From Heptranchias perlo (Eukaryota), in contig NC_090334.1 of assembly GCF_035084215.1 (NCBI RefSeq), positions 62,992,001 to 63,056,000 on the forward strand: a stretch of DNA of 64,000 nt, in the 5' to 3' direction. The notes under the pieces were generated by a model. That model was not told where the DNA came from. It searched no databases and was given only the letters and a program-made list of their open reading frames with translations. This document shows, piece after piece, positions 25,888 to 38,754 of the stretch. The position numbers were made by a program, and so were the translations under genes. How positions within the stretch are numbered: the stretch's first letter is position 1; each line of letters begins with the position of its first letter.

Positions 25888-26722
25888 CTGACAATGGGGC
25901 TCCAAACGGATCAGAGGGGAAAAGTACTGATCAGATTCAAACCACAATGTGTTAAATGAGGGGCCATTTCTAGGAGATCACTTTGAAGCATTACAGCCCT
26001 CAACAATTTCACTACTTACACAGCAGAACAGTAATACTAACTTAAAGAGCTGGCTTCTAAGGCAGCAATACTCCATGCTTTAGGAGTGCGTAAACCAACA
26101 TGGAGATCCCTGCACCTCTTATAAGAGCATCTTCGAGGCTCGTCAGCAGGAACTTTACAGTATAAAAATGCGCTCGGCTATCGGCTCTGCAGCCTGCTCC
26201 AAGCAATAGGCTCTCAGCTCCACAACCTCGTGCAGTCTTACATCCATAACCACTTTCTCCATTCTTAAACTTTGATCAGAAAGCCAATCTTCCTCTTTCA
26301 CAACAGTGTATTCGCAATGCTTTGCAAAAGAAGACCAGGTTTGGGGGGAGGTAGATAATGTACTGAAAATATTCTGCAAATAAAAAATATGTACCATAAC
26401 CTGCAGATCTAATATGCAAGGATCTTGATCTTTTATATAACTAAAGGAGATTAGCATTGAATAACAAAACCCCCCTGTAACCCGCTAAAGTGAGCGTGAT
26501 CGTGACTGTGCCGCAGATGAATGGTTATTTCTGTTCCCCCCACCACCTTCCCCCTTTGACTGGTGCTGGGCTCTCTGTGGAGCGGGCTTGCACATGGAGC
26601 TCTTGCTGCTGCTGTTGCCCTACATCAACGAGCGTTATTTCCTGCTACCAGCCCCAAGCCCCAAGCCCCAAGCCCAACCGATTCATTTCCAAAAAAAAAA
26701 GGGAGGGGGGGGTTGTCTTTAC

Positions 26723-26817
26723 CTGCAAAGGTCCGCGAAGGCCTGGAAATTCAGCTTTTTGATCTTCTTCTCGCTCAGCCAGTATCCGACCCTCTTGCCT
26801 TTGAGCCAGGTCTGCAT
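26723..26817 (-). CDS. ITPK1: Inositol-tetrakisphosphate 1-kinase, first coding exon
   Basis: MQTWLKGKRVGYWLSEKKIKKLNFQAFADLC(R) vs human MQTFLKGKRVGYWLSEKKIKKLNFQAFAELCR. 95 bp with a GTAAAG donor. An acceptor ttccAG at 26882-26883 suggests the exon starts at 26881. Confidence 0.96.
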
Positions 26818-27184
26818 CTTGGAAGGCGGAACAAGTGCGGAAGTGAAATCTAAACCGTGTGCGTCCCGTAGGTTAGCAAACCTGGAAATCGATGGTTTAC
26901 GGGGAGAGGGTGGAAGTTAAATCAGCCGAAAGGTTAAATGTAATCTCCAACCGCGCACCCAGAAAATAATAACCCGTTCCTAAAAACTCTGCATTCACAT
27001 TCTCACATTGCAATGTTGATCAAGATCGACTTTAAACCCGCCTATCTGCAGTTAATACACATATATTTAATTAGCATTTACATTTTCTTTGCAATGTACA
27101 GTAACTAATACCGGAAAGATTGCAAAAAAAAAACACACACACACACACATTTAAAAACACACGAAAAGTAAAGACCTCTATCAA

Positions 27185-27640
27185 TGCTGACTGCCCGGCT
27201 CATCACAAGTCCCTCTGCCCTGGTATTCGCGCCTGGGGTTTTGATCAGACGCCGCCGCTTCTCCGAGGTGCTCCCCCCACCACCACCACCGCCGCTTTTC
27301 GTCTCTCAATGCACAGAGTCCGGCTCCAAGTCCGGCCGACACACCCTGGGCAGCTTTCAGCAGAGCGCGGCCATCGAGCCCAGTCTCCGGACCACATACA
27401 CAGGGGGAGCGCCAGAGACCGACACCCGGCGGCCGCCTGCAGCCCGATCTCTTCCCCCCACCCCCCCGAACCCCCACCGGCTCGTTCTCAGCTCATTGAA
27501 ATCACACAAACCCCGCTCGGCAGAGGAAGAAATAAATAAATACCGGCAGGTGCGGCTGGGGGACGACAGGGGGCGCTCCTGGCCGCTTCCGAACACGACC
27601 ACCACCCCCCCCCCTCCCCTCTCCCTGCCCCTTAAAGGTG
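27185..27640 (-). promoter_or_regulatory. CpG-rich island: probable ITPK1 promoter / non-coding first exon
   Basis: GC/CpG-rich block directly upstream of the ITPK1 ATG exon in an otherwise CpG-poor background. Confidence 0.65.
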
Positions 27641-28254
27641 TCCTGTCTGACTACACCCCCACCCCCTCCATAAAAGAAAATATTTTAAATCTATAATTAA
27701 TCTACTCCAACTTTTTGGACCACTTCTGCATTGCTACATTTTTATTTGTTTTATTAAATTGCACACTAGCTATAGTCGTCCTGCTTTAGGTTGTGCAATC
27801 AAAATTTCTGAGATCCTCAAATCCTTAAAAACATTTTAGGGCTCCATGCAGCTGGTGCCCATCCGATTTATTTGATTCTTAATCGTATTCGTCGCCTTTC
27901 TTTTAAAAACAAGAAATGGGAATTAGTCATAGAAATTATTGTTAATTCTCCATATTGGATCATTAATTTTAACTTTTATTTTTTGTCTCTTAAAGCCTTG
28001 AAGTGTCTCTTCGCAGATTTAAGACCCTGTATTTATAAAGGGCCTTCCATGACCTCAGGACGATCAAAACGTATGTCAACCAATGAATTACTTTTGAAGT
28101 CACTATTTTATTTTTTATAAGCATCAGTCATCTTATTTATTCATGTGGGCGACATCGTACTAAACAATTATAAGTTATGCTGGAACAAACATTCTTGCAT
28201 CTTATCATGTCTCAAAGTGCAATAAATGTCTTTGACGTGCAGCAACTGTTGTTA

Positions 28255-28440
28255 TGTCAAATAAAAACAAAATGCTGGAAACGCACAACAAGTCTGGCAG
28301 TGTCAGTGGAAAGAATAGCCAAGTTAATGTTTCGTTTGTCAGAACCGTTTTGACAAAGGACCTACACCCGAAACATTAACTTCCCTGCTGTAGGCACGGA
28401 CTTGATCCTCGGACACTTGCAGCACTAACTGTGGAGGACT
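28255..28440. mobile_element. Old fold-back Penelope-like remnant with a decayed hammerhead motif
   Basis: Perfect 14-bp IR AAGTTAATGTTTCG (28321-28334) / CGAAACATTAACTT (28369-28382) around a central TTTGTCAGAAC-C-GTTTTGACAAA. TTGACAAAGG...CCCGAAACATT resembles a decayed CTGANGAAGG...CCGAAACGTT. Confidence 0.5.
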
Positions 28441-28479
28441 TTGAGACATGATAAAGTGCAAGAACAATGATCTTGAAGT

Positions 28480-28775
28480 TAAATTGCTGGGGCACAGGGA
28501 GTCAGTGCAGTTTGGAAAGGACAGGGATGTGGCACTTCCTGTTGGTATGCTGATTGCGGTGTTCTCGTACAAGTTGTAAATTTGTGGGGGTTGACAAGGA
28601 GAGCAATAGAGAAGTCGAGGCTCGAGGTGATAAAGGCATGGAGTAGGGTTTTTAGGGGAGTTGGCCAGGGCAGGATGGAGAGGGGAAAATGTATTAAGGT
28701 GGAAGAAAGTGGTCTTGGTGACAGAACGAGATGTGCGGCGGAAGCTCAGCTTGGGGTCAAACAGTAAGCCAACGT
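28480..28775 (-). mobile_element. L2 LINE fragment, degraded
   Basis: Minus-strand translation LFDPKLSFR...SVTKTTFFHL. Confidence 0.6.
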
Positions 28776-30849
28776 TCTCCATCTCCTGACTGAGCCCGAT
28801 ATGGTTAAAAAAAACAATCCTCCTAGCGTTATCTGTTATGAAGTTACTTAGATTTTTATACCTAAGGTCAACTTCAGCAACATGTACCTTGTATAAGTAT
28901 GTGGTAGAACTTCGCTTTTCGCCCCAGATTCCTGACAATGCTGCAGCATTAATATAATGAATTGAGAGCAGTGGTGTGAGGACACAAACTGCGTTCCTGA
29001 GGTGGACATCTCCTATGAAAATTTGAATATCTTTATAACGGATCCAATACTCATGTATGAGGTGAAATCATTCAGTGAGCATTATAGGGCACAGCAGCTG
29101 CAACTGGGACTAAACGGTCTCACCCCTCCTATTTTGTGCTCATTAAAGGATGTCGGTGACTTTTTTTTTCTGTTTTGGCATCCGATGTCAACATAACCAC
29201 TCCCAGTTCAGATAAGGCATAAACTGAATGCAAAGTCAAACTTGCTCCATTCTGCTCCAACAACATTCTTTAGCCTCAACTTCAGAACAGCACCCACTAT
29301 TACAGAATCATAGAAATGACAGCCCGGAGAATACCATTCAATCCATGGCACCAGCGCCAATGCTAATTCTTTAACTTGAGCTAACACCATATTTACCAAG
29401 TATGCATTTTTACATTTCAATGTAAGTTATCTTTATGGTCTGTTAGAGTCAGACTGTCAATTTGTGCTAAATTGTAGGCAATTATGTGATATGGACTATA
29501 TCTAATAAAACACATTTCTATAAGTATAACTATTTCACCCAAGTGGGTGTTGAGCATTTGGAATGAATCGCTCAAGGAGATAATCGAGACTGGCAACATC
29601 AGTAATTTTAAGAGGGCGTTGGACATGCATTTGACAAGAAATTCGATTGAAGGACCTAGATGATGAACTATGTTTTCTATTCTTGAATTCTGGGGCTGGC
29701 CTGATAGACTGAAATGGTCTATTTTTCATTCTATGTTTTTCTTTCAGATAGAAAAGATAGAGTGGGCTTTCATTACATCAGTCTGGGCCAGATTTGAACC
29801 CAGGCGAAACTCCCATCGCAGTCCCCATGGCTTGGGATGTTTTGAAAGCATGGTCATCTCTGAGAAGGTCAATAGCTTATAGTCATCAATTGCAGTTAAC
29901 ATTGTACAATATAATGCAAGTACAGCATTAACTTTCGTATATTTGTTACCAAGTATAGCATTTTTGCAATCAAAAATATAAATTACTCAAGATACGAAAC
30001 AACGGTGGTTAAAATATCAGTTAATAAATGTCAAGGCTGAAAGATATTGCCTATCGATTGTATAATAGTAATCCTAAAAATTAGAACACAAGCAACATTG
30101 CTTATCAATACTTTATAACATGTGTGTTGCCGATACCATCATAAAATGTAACATTTTTGTCTGCAACGTCAAAGGGCTCTTCAGCACCCTACGCACAAAG
30201 CACTCAAACTATTTAATGGACATCCCGTCACTGCAATAAAACCACTGCGAAACCGACAATGCCTACAATTCTATATTAGACGCGGAATAAGAGCTGGTAT
30301 TAGTCGAAGTCAAATAGCGCAGTCAAACCAATTACTTTTGGCAATGTTTTCTGTTCTCACTCAGCACCCCGAACCACAGTATCACCGATAATGAGCCTCC
30401 TCTCTTACGACACCGGCGGGTGAACGCGGATGTGAAACCTGTAGCTGACTATCAGGAGCATTCAGATTAGACTATGTCTATGTGAATATTCATACATTAC
30501 AACAGTGACTGCAAGTCAAAAAATGCTACTTAATTGGCTGTAAAGCGCTTTGGGACGTTCTGAGGTCGTGAAAGGCGCTACATAAATGCAAGTGCTTTCT
30601 TTCACTAACTGATAAAATTTCCTCTAACACCAAAGCTAACTATAGTTACCAGCAGATTAATATTCGAAATCCCAGATACTTTTTGGAAGTTACAAATTAT
30701 TGTTTTCACCCCTAAGGTGACATTTCTCAAATGCCACCTATCATGTTAGAATTCTTTTTACAAGTTTGAACAGCTATTTTTTTTGTTGTTGACATTGGTG
30801 AACCTGCCTGAGATGTGGGCTCGGGACCAAGCTTCACTTCCATGTTTGT

Positions 30850-31175
30850 ATGGGAGAGACTAGAACTAGGGGACACAGTTTAAAAATAAGGGGTCTCCCA
30901 TTTAAGACGGAGATGAGGAGAAATTTTTTCTCCCAGAGGGTTCTGAGTCTGTGGAACTCCCTTCCCCAGAGAGCGGTGGAGGCAGGGTCATTGAATATTT
31001 TTAAGGCTGAGTTAGATAGATTCCTTATTAACAAGGGAGTCAGAGGTCTTATTAGGTAGACGGGAAAGTAGGCCGGTCACAATCAGATCAGCCATGATCT
31101 TATCACATGGCAGAGCAGGCTCGAGGGGCTGAATGGCCTACTCCTGCTCTTAATTCGTATGTTGATCTGTATGTT
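30850..31175 (+). mobile_element. CR1 LINE 3' end
   Basis: GETRTRGHSLKIRGLPFKTEMRRNFFSQRVLSLWNSLPQ...FKAELDRFL plus the 3' UTR. Confidence 0.9.
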
Positions 31176-31264
31176 GATCAAATTGGGTTTTATTCGAGAT
31201 AACTCCTTATTACTGAATGGTTCTCATTTGGGCGATAGTCACAGCCTGAGTTATGTTAAAAAAA

Positions 31265-32450
31265 ATATGACCGAGTGTGGCACCAAGGAGTCCTAGTAAA
31301 ATTGAAGTCAATGGGAATCAGGGGGAAAATTCTCCAGTGGCTGGAGGCACCTAGCACAAAGGAAGATGGTAGTTGCTGTTGGAGGCCAATCATCTCTGCC
31401 CCAGGGCATTGCTGCAGGAGTTCCTCAGGGCAGTGTCCTAGGCCCAACCATCTTCAGCTGCTTTATCAATGACCTTCCCTCCATAATAACGTCAGAAATG
31501 GGGATGTTCGCTGATGATTGCACAGTGTTCAGTTCCATTCACAACCCCTCAGATAATGAAGCAGTCCGTGCCCACATCCAGGCTTGGACTAATAAGTGGC
31601 AAGTAACATTCGTGCCAGACAAGTGCCAGGCAATGACCATCTCTAACAAGAGAGCGAAGGAGGAAAGCTCCGAAAGCTTGTGATTTCAAATAAAGCTGTT
31701 GGACTATAACCTGGTGTTATAAGACTCCTTACATTTGACATTCAATGGCATTACCATCGTCGAATCCCCCACCATCAACATCCTAGGGGTCACCATTGAC
31801 CAGAAACGAAACTGGACCAGCCATATAAATACTGCGGCTACAAGAGCAGGTCAGAGGCTGGGTATTCTGCGGCGAGTGACTCACCTCCTGACTCCCTAAA
31901 GCATTTCCACCATCTACAAGGCGCAAGTCAGGAGTGTGATGGAAAACTCTCCAATTGCCTGGATGAGTGCAGCTCCAACAACATTCAAGAAGCTCGACAC
32001 CATCCAGGACAAAGCAGCCCGTTCGATCAGGAACCCCATCCACCACCCTAAACATTCACTCCCTTCAGCTCTGGTGCACCGTTGCTGTAGTGTGTACCAT
32101 CTACAAGATGCACTGCAGCAACTCGCCAAGGCTTCTTCGATAGCACCTCCCAAACTCGTGACCTTTACCACCTAGAAGGACTAGGGCAGCAGGCGCATGG
32201 GAACATCACCACCTGCATGTTCCCCTCCAAGTCACACACCATTCTGACTTGGAAATATATTGCTGTTCCTTCTTCGTTGCTGGGTCAAAATCCTGGAACT
32301 CCCTACCAAACAGCACTGTGGGGGAACCTTAACTACATGGACTGCAGCGGCTCACCACCACCTTCTCAAGGGCAATTAGGGATGGGCAATAAATGCTGCC
32401 CATCCCTAATTGCCAGCGACACCCACATCCCATGAATGAATAAAGAAAAC
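31265..32450 (+). mobile_element. Non-LTR LINE (CR1/L2-group, distinct family), RT to 3' end
   Basis: VWHQGVLVKL...AGVPQGSVLGPTIFSCFINDLP...MFADDCT...WQVTF. The tail CACATCCCATGAATGAATAAA also occurs at 36420-36680 (-) and 49438-49527 (+). Confidence 0.85.
31655..31734 (+). mobile_element. 80-bp Penelope-like terminal fragment inserted into a LINE
   Basis: GAAGGAG...CTCCGAAAGCTTGTGATTTCAAATAAA.CTGTTGGACTATAACCTGGTGTT closely resembles 51905-51975. Confidence 0.75.
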
Positions 32451-33944
32451 CTCCCATCCTATGCTAATAGCTTTAAAGAACAGTCGGAAACGAAATAATA
32501 TTTCTTCACATATGATCTTTGAATAATGCCATTTAAATTAATTCAGTGAGTGTCACATTCATTTCTTAAAATAAAATGAACATTTACGAGGATTAATTAT
32601 TAAATTCAAGCTTCTTTTTGGCTCTTTCTGTTGATTTTGTTGAGTTTTCTTTTAAACAGTGAATGTTCCTGCCAGTGGGTTAGAGGTGCTGCCATCCATT
32701 ACCAAGACTACTTACTTCCATCTCTGCAACACTACCTGCCTCTGCTATTACCTCAATCTCCACCACCATTGAAACTATTAATCATGTTTTTGTTACCTCC
32801 AGACCCGACTTTTCAATGTCTATCTTGCCAATTCCCTAAGCTTCACTTGAATTTATTCAAAACTCCCCACTGCTGACATTCTGTCACCAAGTGTCTTGTT
32901 AAAAAAAAATCATTCTCGGGATGTGGGAATCAATGTGCCCCTCCTTAATTGCCCTGAGAAAGTGAAGGTGAGCCTTCTCCTTGAACTACTGGTACAACTG
33001 AGTGATATGCAGTGAAGAATCAATCACATTGGAATGGATCTGGCATCACATATAGGCAAAATCCAGATAAGAATGGTAGATTTCCTTCCTTAAAAGGCAT
33101 TAGGAAATCAGTTGGGTTTTTAATGACAATCCAACAGCCTGATAAACTGAATTCAAACTCTTAAGCTGCCATAGGTGGGATTTGAACTTATGTTTTAGTA
33201 GATTATTTGTCCAGTAACATAACCACTACACCACCATACACCTGATTATCAATTACCCCTGTCCTCACTGACTTCATTGGCTTCCTGTTTCCCCAATGCA
33301 TTGAATTCAAATCCTGGTCCTTGATTACAAATCCCTCCATATTCTCGCTCCACCTTGCCTCTGCATCCCCCTTCAGCCTTGTTTCCCAGCCCATGCTCTT
33401 CGATGCTTTGACTCTCGTTTTCTGTGCACCCTCCCCTCTTTCTGCTTATCCATCAGCGGCAGAACCTTCAGTCATCTCAGCCCCATTCTCCAGAAGTCCC
33501 GCCCTAAACCCATTCGCATTGCTACTCTCCCTACCTCTAAAAGACTCCTGAAAACCTATGCTTATGGTCATCTCTTCTACTATTGCCCAGTCTCTGTTTC
33601 TTCTCTGAAATGGCTTCGAACATTAAATATGTGTTTTATAAATCCAGGTTATTGTTAGTATGAATCAGCACCAAGCACCATTGAAATGACACAATGCCTG
33701 AAGCACACCTACTTTCTAACTATGTTTACTCATATTATTCATAATTCAAGTTCCTCATACTGTACGGCTCAGCTGACTCCTTCTCCTCTCCTGGAAGTGT
33801 TGATTCCTGCTGGGATGTGACTTCACATGCACCAACAGGAACATAGCCAGTATCCATTTATCATGTGTGAACATCGAGTTTCAGCAAGTTATTTGGATGG
33901 GGGAGTGAATTGTAGCCAAACCAATCCTGTCCTCTGCAAATTAC

Positions 33945-34822
33945 AGCCACAGCAAAGGAGAGTGTATGAGAATAGATTAGCAGCTAACATAAAAGGGAAA
34001 TGAAAAGTCCTTTATTAACCTATAAATAGTAAAACAGTTGTCAAAGAAAGGGTGGGTCTGATTAGGGACCAAAAAGAAGATCTTCTTGTGGAGGCAGAGG
34101 TTATGGCTGAGGTACTAAATGAATACTTTGCATCTGCCTTCACTAGAGAAGAGGATGTTGCCAATGTAGCAGTAAAGAGGAGGTAGTAGCGATATTGGAT
34201 AGGATAAAAAGAGATAAAGAGGAGGTACTTAAAAGGTTGGCAGTACTCAAAGTAGAAAAGTCACCCAATCCAGATAGGATGCATCCTAGGTTACTGAGGG
34301 AAGCAAGGGTGGAAATTGCGGAAGCTCTGGCCACAATCTTCCAATCCTCCTTAGAACTGGGGTGGTGCCAGAGGACTGGAGGATTGCAAATGTTACACCC
34401 CTGTTCAAAAAAGGGGATAGGGACAAATCCAGTAATTACAGGCTGTCAGCCTAACGTCAGTGGTGGGGAAACTTTTAGAGACAATAATCCGCGACAAAAT
34501 TAATTGGCACTTGAAAAAGTATGGGCTGATAAATGAAAGTCAGCATGGATTTGTTAAAGGTAAGTCGTGTTTGATTAACTTAGTTGAGTTCTTTGATGAA
34601 ATAATGGAGAGGGTTGACGAGGATAGTGTGGTTGATGTTGTGTATATGGACTTTCAAAAGGCATTTGATAAAGTACCACATAATAGACTTGTTAGCAAAA
34701 TTAAAGCCCATGGGATTAAAGGGACAGTGGCAGCATGGATACAAAATTGGCTAAAGGACAGAATGGTGAACAGTTGTCTTTCAGACTGGAGGGAAGGATA
34801 GTGGTGTTCCCCTGGGGTCAGT
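33945..34822 (+). mobile_element. CR1 LINE ORF2 internal fragment
   Basis: KSPNPDRMHPRLLRE...SQHGFVKGKSCLINL...VDVVYMDFQKAFDKVPH. Confidence 0.9.
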
Positions 34823-35559
34823 AGCTCCTGTACTAAAGCCAATTGTATTGCCCTTATTGCCATCTTGGCTGTGATCAGAGAACTCAGTACAAACTAAAGA
34901 TTGAACCTGGGATTTTCGTGCAATGCATGCCCCAGCTACTCACTAGGTACAGACCTCAATAGAGAAGTTGGCTTTTCATAGCATATGTTGAAAAGTGACA
35001 CCCTCAGTGTACTGAAACATCAGGTTATGATAATTAGACTTCCATCTTTGTACTGGAACACCATTGTTTCTTGTCTTCATCAAAGACTTGGTGGATGTTA
35101 TCAAAACAGACATTGGGAGCTAAATTAGCACAAATTACAGGTAAAATGCCACCTCTGGCATCTGGATCCAAAGTAGGCGTTTATTTCTAACAGATGGGGG
35201 GAGACACATTGATAGGGCAGAGTAAACAGAGCTATGCTACATCTGAGATAAAATAAATGTGGTGTTCTCTTTGCGGATTCTACCACAGAATAATTAGTTC
35301 TCTCATCTGAAAAAACAAGCAGTCTTTTATTACATAGATATACTGGCGAGTGTGTGGACGAACAACACTTTAGTGTTGATAAGAATAGAACTTTGTGGAG
35401 AAGGACAAATATTTCTCGAAAAAAATCGATCAACAGATGGGAAATAAAGAATAAGAATCTCAAGGCTGATACTAAAAGATACAAAGACAAAAGGAGTAGC
35501 AGAGTTTCTCATTTTTTGGTGCAAATGGACTGTAGGTAGATGTGAAAATAAATGAGGTC

Positions 35560-35831
35560 TTCCAGACGCTAGAGGCGCGCCACCGAGTTACACACACTAG
35601 TGGGGGCGCGGAGGGTGGTCCCTCTTGTCACCGTTCACGGCTCCGTTGCCCCAGCGACAGCCCGGATACAGTTCACAATAATACGGAACCGGATCCGTTT
35701 ATGACTCGTCAGCCGGCGGAGGTCGTGGTGTGGAGAAGAACAACACAGAGAGAAAGGCGATGGATTAAAGCGAAAGCCGCCGCTCCGGCCTCTCCCCCCC
35801 CCCCCCGAACTGCCTTTCCTTCTCTTGCATG
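35560..35831 (+). promoter_or_regulatory. LYSET: LYSET CpG-island promoter and probable non-coding exon 1
   Basis: CpG-rich block ~35560-36110 with a consensus donor ATG|GTGAGT at 35831/35832, about 2.9 kb upstream of the LYSET coding exon. Confidence 0.7.
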
Positions 35832-36099
35832 GTGAGTGTCGGCGGGCATGGTGGGGAGGAGGAGGCCGGTCTGGGCCCGGGGCTCCTCCACACTCTGAGC
35901 CGGGCCTTGTCAGGTTGGGTAAAAGTGCACTCCCCAGTCAGGAAGTGGCCGGGGTTGCGGACCTGAGTCTGCTGTCCGCCGGGTCCGCTGCTTATTGTGG
36001 GCTTGTTTAGGATTCGATTGTAATGTTCGAGCCGAGAGTGGTGCGGCCGCCGGGACCCGGTGAGTCCGACACCGCCTGTCGAGACGGGCACAACGCAAA

Positions 36100-36235
36100 C
36101 GAGTGGGAGCACTCTCGCCTCCCAGAGTCAGAAGGTCGTGGGTTCAAGCCCCACCCCAGAGACTTGAGCACATAATTTTAGGCTGACGCTCCGGTGTAGT
36201 GCTGAGGGAGTGCTGCACTGTCGGAGGTGCATCAC
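36100..36235 (+). mobile_element. Deu-SINE tRNA-like head fragment
   Basis: GCACTCTCGCCTC..AGTCAGAAGGTCGTGGGTTCAAGCCCCAC...GAGGGAGTGCTGCACTGTCGGAGGTGC. Confidence 0.7.
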
Positions 36236-36414
36236 TGACCAGGCTCGCACATGTAAACAAATTGATTGGACCAGTGACCACCTCCTGTGGTCAGTTTTTA
36301 TAACATATTTTTGTTTATTGGCACCTTTATTGGTTTTGTGAGCAGGTGTGAGGGAGAGCTGTAAGCTGGTCCTCCAGCTATTGTAGTGCTTACTCATTTT
36401 GCCAACAGTTTTTA

Positions 36415-36685
36415 AAAATTTGTTCATGGGATGTGGGCGTTGCTGGCGAGGCCGGTATTTATTGCTCATCCCTAATTGCCCTCGAGAAGGTGGTGATGAG
36501 CCGCCGCCTTGAACCGCTGCAGTCCGTGTGGTGACGGTTCTCCCACAGTGCTGTTAGGAAGGGCGTTCCAGGATTTTGACCCAGCGACGATGAAGGAACG
36601 GCGATATATTTCCAAGTCGGGATGGTGTGTGACTTGGAGGGGAACGTGCCGGTGGTGTTGTTCCCATGTACCTGCTGCTCTTGTT
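36415..36685 (-). mobile_element. LINE 3' end (same family as 31265-32450)
   Basis: Reverse complement of ~32175-32445. Confidence 0.85.
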
Positions 36686-38754
36686 ATCATGTCTGCTGAA
36701 ATCAGCACTATTGTCAGTAAAATTGATAAGAATGGTTCTTAAGTAACATTTTAACCCAGACTATACCTGCTTTTATATTGGTGTAAAGCCCATTTTTACC
36801 ATGTCTTTCCTGCTTGCAAAGCATTTATCATTAAGAGCTGTCTAACATTGCTTTCGGGAATAACTGAAGAATGGATGTGCATCGACACACGTCCATCCAT
36901 GTATCAAATGTGTTTAATGCAGGTACTACTGTCACATGTCTATGAAATTGATAAGCTTATTAATTAACTACCTTTTATGGGCTGCTGAGAAAGAAAACCT
37001 AACTTTTGGATGAAACAAATTTTGATGACTAAATTTCATGCACTTAGACAGTGTGATGGAGATGTCTCCCATTTGATTAATTGAAGGCACTCTCAATGTG
37101 TTGGTCTGCAACAATTAATGATAGCAGCAAATGTGAACCTACTGGTTTCTGTTCAGCCAACAGCAGCAGCGACGTGCTTTTTTGTGGTTCTCCCGATCTG
37201 CCAGAAAAAAAATCTTGCTTTCTGCCTACCTGAACTGAGCCAATTTAGTGCATCAGTTTACTCTCCTCTGCACACAAAACAGTGTTGTGACACGAGCACA
37301 CCGAGACACAAAATTGCTTCAGTGTCTGCTTTGAAGAATTGGATGCAGCAGGTGTGGTGGTGGTGTTGAGGGGTGGGGGAGGAAATTGAATTTATCTGCC
37401 AAACAAAATGAAATGCTCTGGACAAGACAGGGGGAAAAAATCAACTGGATGGTTTCTATCCAATGATGTGTGCTGAAAAGTGGGCATTGTATGAAGGCAG
37501 GATTGAGGTGAACCCACCTATTCTAGAAAAGCTGGCATGAGTTCACACATGATAAATGGTCAGTTTGGCAAAGTGCTGATAGGTGACCAGAATTCATGGA
37601 GTCATACCCCACTGAGGAGTCAGCATCTTCAGGAGAATGGGAGGGAAGTACATTGGATACCTTATTATTCCTGTATGTGTGTGAAAGAATTATTCTGAGC
37701 AGTGCTTGTGCATCTATTTTGCATTGTGGAGCACATCTATATCTTAAAGCTCTGACTAGAAAAATGAGAAAATGTAGCTGTGTCTCTTTCACTGCTTTAA
37801 TCAAGGCTCATACATTAATTGTTTTGGACAGAATAAATGTTACTCCTTGGGAAAATAACTTATGTTTGGTACTCTGAAGAGTGCTTTTCATAGATGTGCA
37901 AAGATTGTGCACAGAGGAGCAACAAATTGATAGGTCGGGAATATTGTTTTGAAGAAACTAGTATGCGTAGAGCTGATTTTGAATCAGCCCTTGAAGTGCT
38001 GTGTGTTCAGTTTCTTCAGCCATGTTTACAGCAACCCTTGAACACTCTAAACACTGATGCCTGAAATGAGTACAGAATAATCCAATACCACATTTCAATT
38101 TTTAAAATCAAAATAAACATATTCTCTTGCCTTTTTATAATGCTGTGTGACAATACAAGTAAAAATAGAAAGGCACAGAAACAAGTTGTAGTCCTGTAGC
38201 ATTGCTCTCGTACAGAGAAATGACACTGAATGCTTCATAGGATGGTGAAGAATAGATGCCATGGAGAAAGAGCTGACCAAAGGGCTAAAGCACGTTTGGC
38301 TTTTGAAGGTAGGAAGGGAGATGAGGTGGAGGTGCTGGGGGAGAGCAATCCAGAGGGTGGGGGCATGATGGCTGAAGGAGTGGCCAACAGTGGTAGAGCA
38401 GGTTTCAAGGACCAGGCCAGCGTCAGAGAGCAGAGGCTGTGTCGATCAGGATCTGAAAGAGAAAGGGTAGATTAAGGTTTCTGACGTGAGCCTTCACAAC
38501 TTTAACCCTGTTAACCCACCTTCCTCTTTCAGTTGCTGACTGGCCTGTGTATTTCCAGCATTTACAAGTTCCTTTCTTTTTTAAATCTCCCAGCACCTTG
38601 TGTTCTTTAGAAGGCGATCTGTTTCCAGTTTCAGGGTGACTGACAAGTGGTTTGCGCAATGCTTCGCTTGCAGAAGGGCTAAGATTGCTAGCTTTTCATT
38701 TATTGTAACCTGTCTTTTCCTTTTTTATATTGCAGAAAAGGTAGATTATGGAGA

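Noticed and set aside
26650-26680. (AGCCCCA)n short repeat near the ITPK1 donor
   Set aside because: Only about four copies; an ordinary simple repeat with no further support.
27120-27696. 139-170 aa ORFs upstream of ITPK1
   Set aside because: They are GC-rich promoter sequence with few stop codons and no recognisable domain.
35542-35835. 97-aa ORF as an N-terminal extension of LYSET
   Set aside because: Splicing at the visible donor gives TG|A (stop) or a frameshift at the candidate acceptors, and there is no similarity to the human extension.
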